Source: an uncultured delta proteobacterium (lineage in GTDB: Bacteria > Desulfobacterota > Binatia > UBA9968). Taken from it: a stretch of 64,000 nt of DNA. Below are positions 34,996 through 45,239 of the stretch, piece by piece. The translations under genes and the position numbers were made by a program. Under the pieces are notes generated by a model. It made no database searches, was not told the origin of the DNA, and worked only from the letters and a program-made list of their open reading frames with translations. Location of the stretch: assembly GCA_963745835.1 (NCBI GenBank), contig CAVUZH010000025.1:96001-160000 (forward strand), read 5' to 3'. Position 1 is the stretch's first letter. The number at the start of each line of letters is the position of its first letter.

Positions 34996-36009
34996 ATGAA
35001 GTCAGTTCAGATCTATCCACCGTTCGACACGCTTTATTATTCTTTTTATGTTAGAGCCGTGCAAGAATATTTCGGCGAATCAAATATTGAATTTTCGTAC
35101 AAGAACTTTCCTCCTCTCCCATCGGACTATTTTGGGTTCATCATCAAAGGTAAGGAAAAGCTACGGGTTGTAATCGATGCCTATGATGGAGCAACCATTA
35201 ATGATAGAGGCGCGCTTGAATGGTCTGATGTGTTTGGAAAAGTAAACTTAAATCTCTCTTCGATTCCAACCGATTCGGCGCGCAAGTGTGTTGCCATAGG
35301 ACCGAGTTTCCCGATTCAGCTGTGGCCTCTTTTTAAATCCTTTCGGAATTCAGTCAAACATTACCGACCTTGGGCGAGGACCAAATCCGCTCGCGAGCAC
35401 TTCGCTAATTACTTAAGACAATATAGAGACCGTCTTCCTCTGTCGCACTTCGTTCCCGGCAGGGTAAAAGACGACTTCATATTTTTCTCTTCATCGATTT
35501 GGAGGGAAGAGGAAGCGCCGGGCACGAATCAATGTCGGGCGCACTTTATGGAAGTGTGCAAATCACTGAACGGCATAACGTTTGAAGGCGGCTTCAGCCC
35601 TCCGCAATACCCGGGATATGAGGAACGGTACAGGACACACCTCGTCGCAAATCGGTATCCCTTTCCCGAATGGCTGGAAAAGATCAAAGCGTCCACGGTC
35701 GTTTTCAATACTCCGGCGGTATGGCGGAGCCACACTTTCAAATTGGCTGAATATCTGGCGCTTGGTAAAGCAATCATTTCCGCTCCGATTTTGAGAGAGT
35801 TACCGGCACCGCTTGTTCACGGCCAGCACGTACATTACGTCGATGGCTCGGTTGAGAGTATACGGGATGCCGTCAGGTTAATCGTCAACGATCGCAACTA
35901 CAGAATGCACCTAGAGAGGTACGCCTATGAGTATTATATAAGCCATCTACAGCCGATCAAAGTTATTGAACGTCTGTTGAATCATCGAAATCGGACGGCT
36001 CTTACGTAA
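34996..36009 (+). CDS. Hypothetical protein, probable GT-B glycosyltransferase-like
   Basis: 337-aa ORF; C-terminal FNTPAV..HTFKLAEYLALGKAIIS. Confidence 0.55.
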   Translation: MKSVQIYPPFDTLYYSFYVRAVQEYFGESNIEFSYKNFPPLPSDYFGFIIKGKEKLRVVIDAYDGATINDRGALEWSDVFGKVNLNLSSIPTDSARKCVAIGPSFPIQLWPLFKSFRNSVKHYRPWARTKSAREHFANYLRQYRDRLPLSHFVPGRVKDDFIFFSSSIWREEEAPGTNQCRAHFMEVCKSLNGITFEGGFSPPQYPGYEERYRTHLVANRYPFPEWLEKIKASTVVFNTPAVWRSHTFKLAEYLALGKAIISAPILRELPAPLVHGQHVHYVDGSVESIRDAVRLIVNDRNYRMHLERYAYEYYISHLQPIKVIERLLNHRNRTALT

Positions 36010-36033
36010 ACTTGACGAAGAATATACGATCAC

Positions 36034-36738
36034 ATGCTTGAGTCTACCAGGATCGAAGAATCTCGCATCCGCGCAGCGTACGCCAGGCGCGAAGACGGTG
36101 ATCGATACTCTCTATTTCAACCCGGTACTCTCTTCATCGCGCAACAGATTGAGCGGCGGATACTTTGGTCACTCAAGCGATACGGTTTCGCAGATCTATC
36201 ATCAAAAAAGATTCTTGAAGTGGGCTGCGGCAGCGGGCACTGGCTTCGTGAACTTACAACCTGGGGAGCACCACCGGAAAACGTGTGTGGCGTCGATCTG
36301 CTGCGGGATCGTCTCTCGAAGGCCAGAAGTTCGTGTTCGCCAGCTATTCGATTACAGTGCGGCAGCGCGGCCGAGCTGCCGTTTCCGGACGCGAGCTTTG
36401 ACCTAGTCCTTCAGTCGACGGTCTTTACGTCAATACTGGATCCTGATCTGAAATATCGCGCGGCGCAGGAGATGATGAGAGTGCTAACGCACGACGGAAT
36501 CATTTTGTGGTACGACTATCACGTCAACAATCCCTGGAACAGCGATGTCCGGGGCGTTAAAAGGTCCGAAATCGGGAGGCTGTTTCCCGGTTGCCGCATT
36601 GAACTTCAGCGCATGACCTTGCTTCCTCCATTAGCTCGTTGGCTGGCCCGGTATTCGATTGTGTCTTGTTATATACTCGAGAAACTTCCGCCACTTTGTA
36701 CTCATTATTTGGGCGTTATCCGAAAAGCTAGTTCCTGA
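36034..36738 (+). CDS. Class I SAM-dependent methyltransferase
   Basis: ILEVGCGSG, LPFPDASFDLV, WYD. Confidence 0.85.
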   Translation: MLESTRIEESRIRAAYARREDGDRYSLFQPGTLFIAQQIERRILWSLKRYGFADLSSKKILEVGCGSGHWLRELTTWGAPPENVCGVDLLRDRLSKARSSCSPAIRLQCGSAAELPFPDASFDLVLQSTVFTSILDPDLKYRAAQEMMRVLTHDGIILWYDYHVNNPWNSDVRGVKRSEIGRLFPGCRIELQRMTLLPPLARWLARYSIVSCYILEKLPPLCTHYLGVIRKASS

Positions 36739-36846
36739 GACGGTTCGTGTCTATCTCTCTCGAAAGATGCGGCTCCGCTTGATATTTGGATCGCGGCAAG
36801 CCCAATTGCCGGATCGTAGTAGTCTGAAACCGGCAGGGGCCTCCTT

Positions 36847-38433
36847 ATGATAGATGTGGAAAAAATGACAAACACTAACAAGATCGCCTGTATTGGGGCC
36901 GGGTATTGGGGCAAAAATCTCGTTCGGAACTTCAATGAACTAGGGGTCCTATCCTGGGTCTGCGATGCCGACCCGCACAGGCGAGCTCAGCTCGCCATGG
37001 AATATCCTGACGCGAGACTTACCGATGCAGTCGATCAGGTCCTTTCTGACCCGGACGTGGCCGGTGTAGCCATTGCCACACCGGCTGTCACACATGCGGA
37101 TTTGGTTCAACGAGCCCTGCTAGCCGGCAAAGATGTTTTTGTCGAAAAGCCTTTGTCCCTCTCGGTGGAGGAGGCCGAAAGGCTTGTGGCCGTAGCGTCG
37201 GAAAGACGCTTAATCCTGATGGTCGGGCATCTTCTCTGGTATCATCCTGCCGTGCTCAAGTTAAAACAACTGGTCGATGATGGCGACCTGGGACGAATCC
37301 GATATATCTATTCAAACCGGCTGAACCTCGGAAAGATTCGCCGTGAGGAAAATATTCTATGGTCGTTCGCTCCGCACGATATTTCGGTGATCCTGGGTCT
37401 GGTTGGAGAAATGCCTGATGCGGTAACCGCCCAGGGAGGCAACTACCTTCATGATCAGATTGCGGACGTTACTGTTAGCATGCTGTCCTTTCCCAGCGGC
37501 GTGAAGGCCCATATTTTCGTTTCATGGCTTCATCCATTTAAGGAGCAGAAGTTGATTGTCGTGGGAGATCGTCAGATGGCCGTTTTTGACGATGTTGCAC
37601 CCGAAAACAAGCTGGTTCTCTATCCCCACTCTATTACCTGGAAAAATCATTTGCCCATTTCCGCGAAAGCCAAAGCCGTAGTTGTGCCGGTGCAATCAAC
37701 AGAGCCTCTGAAGGAGGAATGCCTGCACTTCTTAGAGTGTATGGAAACGCGGCAGGTTCCTCGTACGGATGGCAATGAGGGAGTCCGCGTTCTTAGCATA
37801 TTGCAAAAAGGGCAGGCAGCCTTGCAACGCCAGATTTCGACTGCCGGGATTCCAGATCGACGACAATCTCGACATTTTGTTCACGAGTCAGCGTTTGTTG
37901 ACGATGAGGTCGAGATAGGCGAGGGAACAACCATATGGCATGTTTCACATATCCTGAAGAATTCGCGAATAGGCAGGGATTGTCGCATTGGCCAAAATGT
38001 TGTTATCGGCCCGAACGTAAACATCGGCAATGGAGTAAAGATTCAAAATAACGTTTCGGTGTACGAGGGTGTGACTCTCGAGGATGGGGTGTTTTGCGGC
38101 CCCTCGATGGTATTTACCAACGTATACAATCCGCGTAGCGATATCCGGCGCATGGATGAATTGCGTCCGACATTAGTGCGCCGCGGCGCTACTCTCGGCG
38201 CCAACTGCACCGTTGTTTGTGGGATCACGATCGGCGAGTATGCCTTCATCGGAGCCGGCACGGTCGTAACGCGGGATGTGCCCAACTTTGCTCTTGTGGT
38301 CGGCAATCCAGGGCGAATTGCCGGCTGGATGTGCGCCTGTGGCAACCGTATCGAATTCAACAGAGACGTTGGCTCATGTCGTGCCTGCCAAAAACATTAT
38401 TGCAAGATGGGGACGGAGGTGAGGGCAGCATGA
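36847..38433 (+). CDS. Fused Gfo/Idh/MocA dehydrogenase (WbpB-like) + hexapeptide N-acetyltransferase (WbpD-like)
   Basis: IGAGYWG, VFVEKP, FAPHD; then [23 protein letters not shown] and a C-terminal Cys cluster. Confidence 0.88.
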   Translation: MIDVEKMTNTNKIACIGAGYWGKNLVRNFNELGVLSWVCDADPHRRAQLAMEYPDARLTDAVDQVLSDPDVAGVAIATPAVTHADLVQRALLAGKDVFVEKPLSLSVEEAERLVAVASERRLILMVGHLLWYHPAVLKLKQLVDDGDLGRIRYIYSNRLNLGKIRREENILWSFAPHDISVILGLVGEMPDAVTAQGGNYLHDQIADVTVSMLSFPSGVKAHIFVSWLHPFKEQKLIVVGDRQMAVFDDVAPENKLVLYPHSITWKNHLPISAKAKAVVVPVQSTEPLKEECLHFLECMETRQVPRTDGNEGVRVLSILQKGQAALQRQISTAGIPDRRQSRHFVHESAFVDDEVEIGEGTTIWHVSHILKNSRIGRDCRIGQNVVIGPNVNIGNGVKIQNNVSVYEGVTLEDGVFCGPSMVFTNVYNPRSDIRRMDELRPTLVRRGATLGANCTVVCGITIGEYAFIGAGTVVTRDVPNFALVVGNPGRIAGWMCACGNRIEFNRDVGSCRACQKHYCKMGTEVRAA

Positions 38434-39545
38434 AGTCTATTCCCTTACTGGATTTACAGGCTCAGTATGCGACGATCCGCGGTGAACTCCGCGAGGCTAT
38501 TGATCGGGTCTGCGATTCGCAACATTTCATTCTCGGACCTGAGGTTGAAGCGCTAGAACAAGAAGTGGGTGCGTTTTGCCAGGCGCGGCATGCGATCGGC
38601 GTGTCCTCAGGGACCGATGCACTGCTCATCGCCTTGATGGCAATCGGAGTCGGTCCTGGCGACGAGGTCATCACAAGCTCCTTTTCTTTTTTTGCCACAG
38701 CCGGCGTGATTGCTCGTCTGGGCGCCCGCCCTGTGTTCGTCGATATTGACAGGCGCAACTTTAATTTTGACGCAACCGGACTCGAGTCGAAAATAACCGA
38801 GCGCTGCAAAGCGATTCTTCCTGTGCATCTTTTTGGCGCATGCGCCGAGATGGATTCTATTTTGGCCACTGCTCGCAAGCATGGAATTGCAGTCATCGAA
38901 GATGCCGCCCAAGCCATTGGAGCAAAGGACGGCCGCAATCGATCGGCTGGAACGATGGGCTCGCTAGGCTGTTTCTCTTTTTTCCCCAGTAAAAACTTGG
39001 GTGCGTTTGGCGATGCCGGCATGGTCGTCACCCAGGACGCCGAGTTAGCCGAAGCTGTTCGTGTGTTGCGTGTTCATGGTGGCAAGCCAAAATATCATCA
39101 CGGCGTTATCGGCGGAAATTTTAGGCTGGACGCATTGCAGGCGGCGGTGTTGCGCGTCAAGCTCAAGTACCTGGCTGGCTGGACCGAAGCGCGTCGGCGA
39201 AACGCAGCGCGCTATCGCAAGTACTTTTCCGACGCTGGTCTAGTCGAACGGATTGGCCTGCCAACGGAGCACGCCGGACACATCTACAACCAATTCGTAT
39301 TACGCTGTCCCAAGCGCGACCAGCTCCAGAAATACCTAAGCACGCAAGGCATCGGAACCGAAGTGTACTATCCGATTCCACTCCACCTTCAGAAATGCTT
39401 CGCTGATCTGGGCTACAAAACCGGTGATTTTTCTCATGCCGAGGAAGCTGCGCTGGAAGCTTTAGCATTACCCATCTATCCAGAACTTACGGAAGAACAG
39501 CAGCATTACATCGTCGGTGAGATCAAGGCCTTTTACGAGAACTGA
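38430..39545 (+). CDS. DegT/DnrJ/EryC1/StrS aminotransferase (WbpE-like)
   Basis: [33 protein letters not shown]; ATGA overlap. Confidence 0.92.
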   Translation: MKSIPLLDLQAQYATIRGELREAIDRVCDSQHFILGPEVEALEQEVGAFCQARHAIGVSSGTDALLIALMAIGVGPGDEVITSSFSFFATAGVIARLGARPVFVDIDRRNFNFDATGLESKITERCKAILPVHLFGACAEMDSILATARKHGIAVIEDAAQAIGAKDGRNRSAGTMGSLGCFSFFPSKNLGAFGDAGMVVTQDAELAEAVRVLRVHGGKPKYHHGVIGGNFRLDALQAAVLRVKLKYLAGWTEARRRNAARYRKYFSDAGLVERIGLPTEHAGHIYNQFVLRCPKRDQLQKYLSTQGIGTEVYYPIPLHLQKCFADLGYKTGDFSHAEEAALEALALPIYPELTEEQQHYIVGEIKAFYEN

Positions 39546-39591
39546 GGGTGCATTTTTGCTAATCAAAGGGCTAGGCAGAGTGTTGTCGATA

Positions 39592-39795
39592 GAGACTGGT
39601 TTGACGGAACTCTGATCTATTATGCTCGCAACACCTGGTTTGACGTAATTTGGATCTATTATGCTTTGAACGGCGTGATAGACTGCGTACTTCTGGTTTT
39701 CTTTTCTTCTCTGTTTTTTTTTTTCTCTGCTTTAGTTTGATCGTATTCTCCTGTCTCACTCGCGAGACTGGTTTGACGGAACTCTGATCTATTAT
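39592..39795. repeat. Three direct repeats around a T-rich tract
   Basis: GAGACTGGTTTGACGGAACTCTGATCTATTAT identical at 39592-39623 and 39764-39795; variant CTGGTTTGACG-TAATTTG-GATCTATTATGCT at 39635-39665. Confidence 0.9.
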
Positions 39796-39912
39796 ACCGC
39801 CCCCAACACGGCTTGTTATATACTGAGATAACTTCCGCGGCTTTTTACTTATCTAATTTGGCATCATTGGCAAAGCCCAGCACAAAGACTGCGGCATTCG
39901 CATCCGGCGCGG

Positions 39913-40682
39913 GTGTTATCATCCTCACCGTCGGGAGAAGCTTTGGCTGAAGTCGCCATCACGGTCCCGTGCTACAACGAAGCTAATCGCTTGAAATGTG
40001 ACGCTTTCATCGATTTTGTTCGTGAGCATCACGATGTGATGTTTATTTTTGTCGACGATGGCAGCACCGACGATACCCCGCAGCTTTTGAAATCGATGTT
40101 TCAGAAGCGAAGCGAACAATATCCGGTTCATGAGTTTGGAAACCAATCTCGGGAAGGCCGAGGCGGTGCGACAAGGCACCTTGAGCGGCATCGCCGCAGG
40201 CGCCACATACGTCGGGTATTGGGATGCCGACTTGGCCACACCGTTGAATACAATCCTGGAATTTGTTGCTGAATTGAAGAAGAGCTCCGATTTACTCCTT
40301 GTCATGGGCGCCCGGGTTCAGTTATTGGGACGAACCATTGTTCGCAAGAAGTTACCGCCACTATTTGGGGCGAGTATTTGCAACCGTTGCATCTGTCGTT
40401 TTACGAATGCCGGTGTACGACACGCAATGCGGAGCAAAAATGTTCGTCTCGAGTGAACCCGTCGCGCTGGCTTTTCGGGATCCTTTTATTAGTCGATGGG
40501 TTTTCGATGTGGAAATACTTGCTCGACTGGTTCACAGAAGCAACTTGAATCCCCACATCGCAATTTGTGAATACCCACTCATGGAGTGGCATGATGTTAA
40601 GGGGAGCAAAATCAGGCTAAAAGACTTTTGGGTCGCGTTTTGGGATTTAGGCCGTATTCATTTTGCTTACAATCGATCTTGA
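39913..40682 (+). CDS. GT2, polyprenyl-phosphate glycosyltransferase-like (DPG/DPM synthase), frameshifted
   Basis: VPCYNEA.R, FVDDGSTD, NLGKAEAVRQG, YWDADLATP, YDTQCGAK, RWVFDVEIL, EYPL.EW.DV.GSK. Confidence 0.82.
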
Positions 40683-40770
40683 TTGAATTAAGTGCCGGCA
40701 TTTGTTGGAATGATCTACAAGCCCGGCGACCTCGGACACGTTCCGATGAAACCGGGACTTGGAGGATTCG

Positions 40771-42621
40771 ATGGCAACTAATATTTTAGGAGTTTCCGCG
40801 TTTTATCACGACAGCGCGGCATGCTTGGTCCGCGACGGTGACATCGTCGCCGCCGCCCAGGAAGAGCGGTTTACGCGGAAAAAGTTCGATGCGGGTTTTC
40901 CGACCAACGCAGTCCGCTTCTGCCTTGACCAAGGTGGCATTACCATCGCGGATCTGAAGTACTTCGTTTTCTATGACAAGCCGCTAATCAAATTCGAACG
41001 GCTCCTGGAGACCTATGTGGCTTTCTCGCCCACAGGCATCAAATCGTTCTTAGCCGCGATGCCGGTCTGGCTAAAAGAAAAGATCCTGATGAAAAGGATG
41101 CTGCAAGATGAGCTAGTTTCGTTGAATGGCATCAAAAAACGCGCCGACCTCGCCCCGGTTCTCTTCGGCGAACATCACGAGTCCCATGCCGCCTCGGCTT
41201 TTTACCCCTCACCGTTTAAGTCCGCGGCAGTTCTATGCATGGACGGTGTTGGTGAATGGGCCACGACTTCCGCCTGGTTGGGCGAGGACAATAAACTTAC
41301 GCCTCTTTGGGAGATTCACTTTCCGCACTCCCTCGGACTACTTTATTCGGCATTTACCTATTACACCGGCTTCAGAGTCAATTCAGGCGAGTATAAAGTC
41401 ATGGGGTTGGCACCCTATGGCCAGCCCAAATACGTCAAAGCCATTTACGATAACCTGATCGATCTTAAAGACGACGGTACGTTCCGGCTAAAGATCGATT
41501 ATTTCAATTATTGCACCGGGCTGACGATGACAAACGGTAAGTTCGATCATCTGTTCGGTGGTCCCCCGCGTAAACCGGAGAGCAAGCTGACTCAACGCGA
41601 TATGGATCTCGCTCGCTCGATCCAGGAAGTCACCGAAGAAGTGATGCTCCGTCTCGTGAGAAGTTTGCATCGCGAGACCGGAGCCGAGAACCTCTGCCTC
41701 GCGGGTGGAGTCGCGCTGAACTGCGTTGGGAACGGCAGAATTCTTCGGGAAGGGCCGTTCAAGGGGCTGTGGATTCAACCTTCTGCCGGGGACGCAGGCG
41801 GGGCGATAGGCGCGGCTCTGACCGCGTGGCACCAATTGGAAAACCAACCGCGCCACATCGATGGGTCCAAGGACAGGATGCGCGGCAGCTTTTTGGGGCC
41901 ATCGTACACGAATGAAGAAATCGAAACTTTTCTCCGCAGCAAAGAAGTGCCTTATGAACGGCTGCATGATGACACGCTCTTTGATCGAGTGGCCAGAGAA
42001 TTGGCTCAGGGCAAGGTCGTCGGCTGGTTTCAAGGGGCGATGGAATTCGGCCCACGAGCGCTGGGAGGACGGAGCATACTGGGCGATGCGCGGGATCCCA
42101 AAATGCAGTCGGTGATGAACCTTAAAATTAAATTCCGCGAATCCTTCCGGCCGTTCGCCCCATCGGTTTTGCGCGAGCGGGTCTCGGATTACTTTGCGCT
42201 CGACACCGACAGCCCGTACATGCTGCTGGTGGCCCCGGTTGTCGAAAAGCGACGCATTGTACCAACCGAGGCCGAGCAGTCCCTCTGGGGCATCGATCTA
42301 CTTAACGTGCCAAAATCGGATATTCCGGCTGCTACCCACGTGGACTATTCCGCCCGCATTCAAACCGTGCACGAAGATACCAATCCACGCTATTACAAGC
42401 TGATCAAAGCGTTTGAGGCAAAAACCGGCTGCGGACTATTGGTAAATACCTCTTTCAATGTTCGCAGTGAGCCGATCGTCTGCGCGCCTGAAGATGCCTA
42501 CCGCTGCTTCATGCGCACAGCCATCGACATTCTGGTGCTGGAAAATTGTGTCTTGTACAAAGAGCAGCAAAAAGCTTTGGAGAACGATACCAACTGGCAA
42601 CAGGAATTTGAGCTGGATTAA
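40771..42621 (+). CDS. O-carbamoyltransferase, NodU/CmcH/SxtI family
   Basis: GGAGG RBS; YHDSAA, EERFTRKK, EHHESHAASAFY, DGVGE, GEYKVMGLAPYG, AGGVALNC, EFGPRALG, RESFRPFAP, NTSFN. Confidence 0.93.
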   Translation: MATNILGVSAFYHDSAACLVRDGDIVAAAQEERFTRKKFDAGFPTNAVRFCLDQGGITIADLKYFVFYDKPLIKFERLLETYVAFSPTGIKSFLAAMPVWLKEKILMKRMLQDELVSLNGIKKRADLAPVLFGEHHESHAASAFYPSPFKSAAVLCMDGVGEWATTSAWLGEDNKLTPLWEIHFPHSLGLLYSAFTYYTGFRVNSGEYKVMGLAPYGQPKYVKAIYDNLIDLKDDGTFRLKIDYFNYCTGLTMTNGKFDHLFGGPPRKPESKLTQRDMDLARSIQEVTEEVMLRLVRSLHRETGAENLCLAGGVALNCVGNGRILREGPFKGLWIQPSAGDAGGAIGAALTAWHQLENQPRHIDGSKDRMRGSFLGPSYTNEEIETFLRSKEVPYERLHDDTLFDRVARELAQGKVVGWFQGAMEFGPRALGGRSILGDARDPKMQSVMNLKIKFRESFRPFAPSVLRERVSDYFALDTDSPYMLLVAPVVEKRRIVPTEAEQSLWGIDLLNVPKSDIPAATHVDYSARIQTVHEDTNPRYYKLIKAFEAKTGCGLLVNTSFNVRSEPIVCAPEDAYRCFMRTAIDILVLENCVLYKEQQKALENDTNWQQEFELD

Positions 42622-42731
42622 ACCGATATCGACGTGATCTTGTCCGTGAACTTTAGCGAATCAACACGAACACGCTAGCACGAAATGAGTTAAAGTAGTC
42701 AAGCTGGCACAACACTCGTGAGGCAACGATC

Positions 42732-43127
42732 GTGAAAGAGGACATTACATCCAAGCAATTGCGTTCCTTCGGCTTCATGGTGGGCGGAATATTTGCCGCC
42801 ATAGGGGGCTGGCCGCTTGTTTTCCGTGCTGAGGATCCTCGATGGTGGGCGCTGGTTCTGGCCGCCTTTCTGATAGTTCCTGCGGCGATCTCTCCAGCGG
42901 TTTTGGCCTGGCCTCATAAGGGATGGATGTGGATCGGGCATGTCCTAGGCTGGATCAATACGAGAATTATTCTGGGTTTCGTCTTCTATCTAATCGTGAC
43001 GCCGACGGGGCTGTTTAGACGTTGGCTCGGGAAAGATCCCATGGGCCGAAAGTTAAGACCTGACCTCGACAGTTACCGGGTTACTCGCGAGCCTAGACCG
43101 GCATCGCATCTAAAAAAACAATTCTAA
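42732..43127 (+). CDS. SxtJ-family membrane protein
   Basis: LRSFG, WM.IG.VLGWINTRIILG.VFYLIVTP.G..R..GKDPM; directly after the carbamoyltransferase. Confidence 0.85.
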   Translation: MKEDITSKQLRSFGFMVGGIFAAIGGWPLVFRAEDPRWWALVLAAFLIVPAAISPAVLAWPHKGWMWIGHVLGWINTRIILGFVFYLIVTPTGLFRRWLGKDPMGRKLRPDLDSYRVTREPRPASHLKKQF

Positions 43128-43275
43128 AAAACAGTTCGGCTGTGCTGTTGAACCGGCGCAGAAAATTGCTTGGATCATCTCTGCTCTGTGCATCCGTAGA
43201 TAGTTTCTCGTTTAAACGGTTGTTGCTGAACCAATCGTTCCCATCGTCTCGGTCGGCTAGAAATTTGGAGGTTCT

Positions 43276-43428
43276 ATGGGCGAGTTCTTGATGGATCTGT
43301 GGTCATTTATGAAAGAGCGGAAGAAGTTTTGGCTTTTTCCAATCATCATCTGGCTGGTTCTGCTCGGCGGGTTGATAGTTCTTACTTCTGGATCTGCTGT
43401 TGCGCCTTTCATTTATACGCTGTTTTAG
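43276..43428 (+). CDS. DUF5989 / SxtK-family small membrane protein (50 aa)
   Basis: Not in ORF track; GGAGG RBS; MGEFLMDLWSFMKERKKFWLFPIIIWLVLLGGLIVLTSGSAVAPFIYTLF*. Confidence 0.88.
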   Translation: MGEFLMDLWSFMKERKKFWLFPIIIWLVLLGGLIVLTSGSAVAPFIYTLF

Positions 43429-43473
43429 AATGGAGCCCTCAGATATCGCAACTCAGCACTCCCAAACACCACC

Positions 43474-44634
43474 ATGAGCTCTGAATTTATTCCATTTCAT
43501 AAGCCTGCTATCGGCGAGGACGAAATCCGTTCGGTCGTCGAGACGCTTAGATCGGGTTGGTTGACCACCGGACCCAAGGTCAAAAAATTTGAAGCGGAAT
43601 TTGCAAGTTACACGGGTTCTTCGCATGCCGTGGCAGTTAATTCCGCAACCGCGGCGCTTCATCTGGCGCTTGAGGCCGTGGGCATCAAGAGCGGCGACGA
43701 GGTCATCGTGCCGACCATGACGTTTACAGCGACGGCGGAGGTCGTGCTTTATCTAGGAGCGCGTCCGGTTCTCGTCGATTGCAGGACCGATGATCTCAAC
43801 ATCGATGTCGATCGGATCGAGGCATCGATCTCTAGTAACACCAAGGCAATTATTCCGGTTCATATCGCGGGCCGCCCATGCGCAATGGACCAGATTCTGG
43901 CGATCGCGCAAAGGCATCGGTTACGAGTGATCGAGGATGCAGCGCACGCGCTACCCGCCAGCCATCGAGGCAGAAAAGTCGGAGCCATCGGGGATATTAC
44001 TTGTTTCTCCTTTTATGCAACCAAGACAATCACGACCGGCGAGGGAGGAATGGCAACCACCGAGAATCCTGAGTGGGCGAAGCGGATGAGGATGATGAGC
44101 CTTCACGGGATTAGCCATGATGCTTGGGACCGCTACACGGAAAAAGGGTCTTGGTACTACGAAGTCCTGCAGCCCGGGTACAAATACAACATGACGGACA
44201 TCGCCGCTGCGTTAGGAATCGAGCAGTTGAAGAGATGCAACGATTTCTATCAGGCCCGGCGGCGCATCGCCGAACGGTATAATAAAGCGTTTGCCGATTT
44301 GCCGGAGATCCAGGTGCCGCCCTGCGGCTCTGACTTAGAGCATGCCTGGCACCTTTATATCATCCAGCTCAAGCTGGACCGGCTGAGCATTGATCGACAC
44401 GATTTCATTAAAGCGCTAAACAGCCGAAGGATTGGAACATCTGTGCATTTCATTCCGCTCCATCTCCATCCCTTCTACAAGCAAACCTTTAGTTGTCAGC
44501 CTGCGGATTTCCCTCAGGCCAGCGCGACCTTCGATCGGATCGTTTCAATACCGATATATCCGACGATGACGGAGCAGAACGTGTCTGACGTCATTGCGGC
44601 CATACGCAGCCTGGTTCAGGAATATCGCAGGTGA
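43474..44634 (+). CDS. DegT/DnrJ aminotransferase
   Basis: SGWLTTGP, NSATAALH, EDAAHA, SFYATKTITTGEGG, GYKYNMTD. Confidence 0.92.
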   Translation: MSSEFIPFHKPAIGEDEIRSVVETLRSGWLTTGPKVKKFEAEFASYTGSSHAVAVNSATAALHLALEAVGIKSGDEVIVPTMTFTATAEVVLYLGARPVLVDCRTDDLNIDVDRIEASISSNTKAIIPVHIAGRPCAMDQILAIAQRHRLRVIEDAAHALPASHRGRKVGAIGDITCFSFYATKTITTGEGGMATTENPEWAKRMRMMSLHGISHDAWDRYTEKGSWYYEVLQPGYKYNMTDIAAALGIEQLKRCNDFYQARRRIAERYNKAFADLPEIQVPPCGSDLEHAWHLYIIQLKLDRLSIDRHDFIKALNSRRIGTSVHFIPLHLHPFYKQTFSCQPADFPQASATFDRIVSIPIYPTMTEQNVSDVIAAIRSLVQEYRR

Positions 44635-45239
44635 TTAAAAGGGCCTTTGACATTGCGATCGCAGCGACCGGTCTCATCGCGCTATTGCCGGTGATGGCCG
44701 TCGTGGCGGTTTTGATCAAATGCGATTCTCACGGTCCCGTCTTTTTTAAACAAAGAAGAATGGGGAGAGGGTTTCGAGATTTTTTGATCTACAAATTTCG
44801 TACAATGAAACAAGAGTCCGAGCTAACCGGACGTTTGATCACGATAGGAGAGGATCCAAGAATTACCCGCGTCGGTAGGCTCTTGCGCAAAACAAAGATC
44901 GATGAGTTGCCGCAGCTTATCAATGTTCTAAAAGGGGAGATGAGTTTAGTCGGTCCACGACCCGAACTGCCGCGGTTCGTCGAGCTTTTTCGTAGTGAGT
45001 ACGCCGAGATACTCACTGTTCGCCCGGGCATCACCGACCTTGCCTCGCTTAAATATCAGGATGAAGCAAAACTGATGGGCCAGTTTACCAATCCCGAAGA
45101 GGAATATGTCAGGAGCATTCTGCCGGACAAGATCCGCCTCGCCAAAGAATATATTGACCGCTCGTCAATGTTCTTCGACCTCAGCTTGATTCTAAGAACT
45201 TTGCCGAAGCTATTTGACTTCAAGCCATTGTCGCATTGA
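44631..45239 (+). CDS. Priming sugar (phosphoglycosyl) transferase, Bac_transf family
   Basis: KRAFD, KFRTM, DPRIT..G..LRK.KIDELPQL.NVLKGEMSLVGPRPE, RPGIT. Confidence 0.92.
   Translation: MIKRAFDIAIAATGLIALLPVMAVVAVLIKCDSHGPVFFKQRRMGRGFRDFLIYKFRTMKQESELTGRLITIGEDPRITRVGRLLRKTKIDELPQLINVLKGEMSLVGPRPELPRFVELFRSEYAEILTVRPGITDLASLKYQDEAKLMGQFTNPEEEYVRSILPDKIRLAKEYIDRSSMFFDLSLILRTLPKLFDFKPLSH

Noticed and set aside
39592-39795. 32-bp repeats as a CRISPR array, or as sigma70 promoters (TTGACG..TATTAT)
   Set aside because: Spacers are about 10 and 100 bp, no cas genes are present, and hexamer spacing is only 11 bp
42640-43260. Short CACGAA-like and ATCTCTG/CTCTGTG-like repeat traces flanking sxtJ
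   Set aside because: Too few and too degenerate to distinguish from chance
40771-43428. Saxitoxin biosynthesis cluster
   Set aside because: No sxtA, sxtG, sxtB or other core genes; context is entirely polysaccharide
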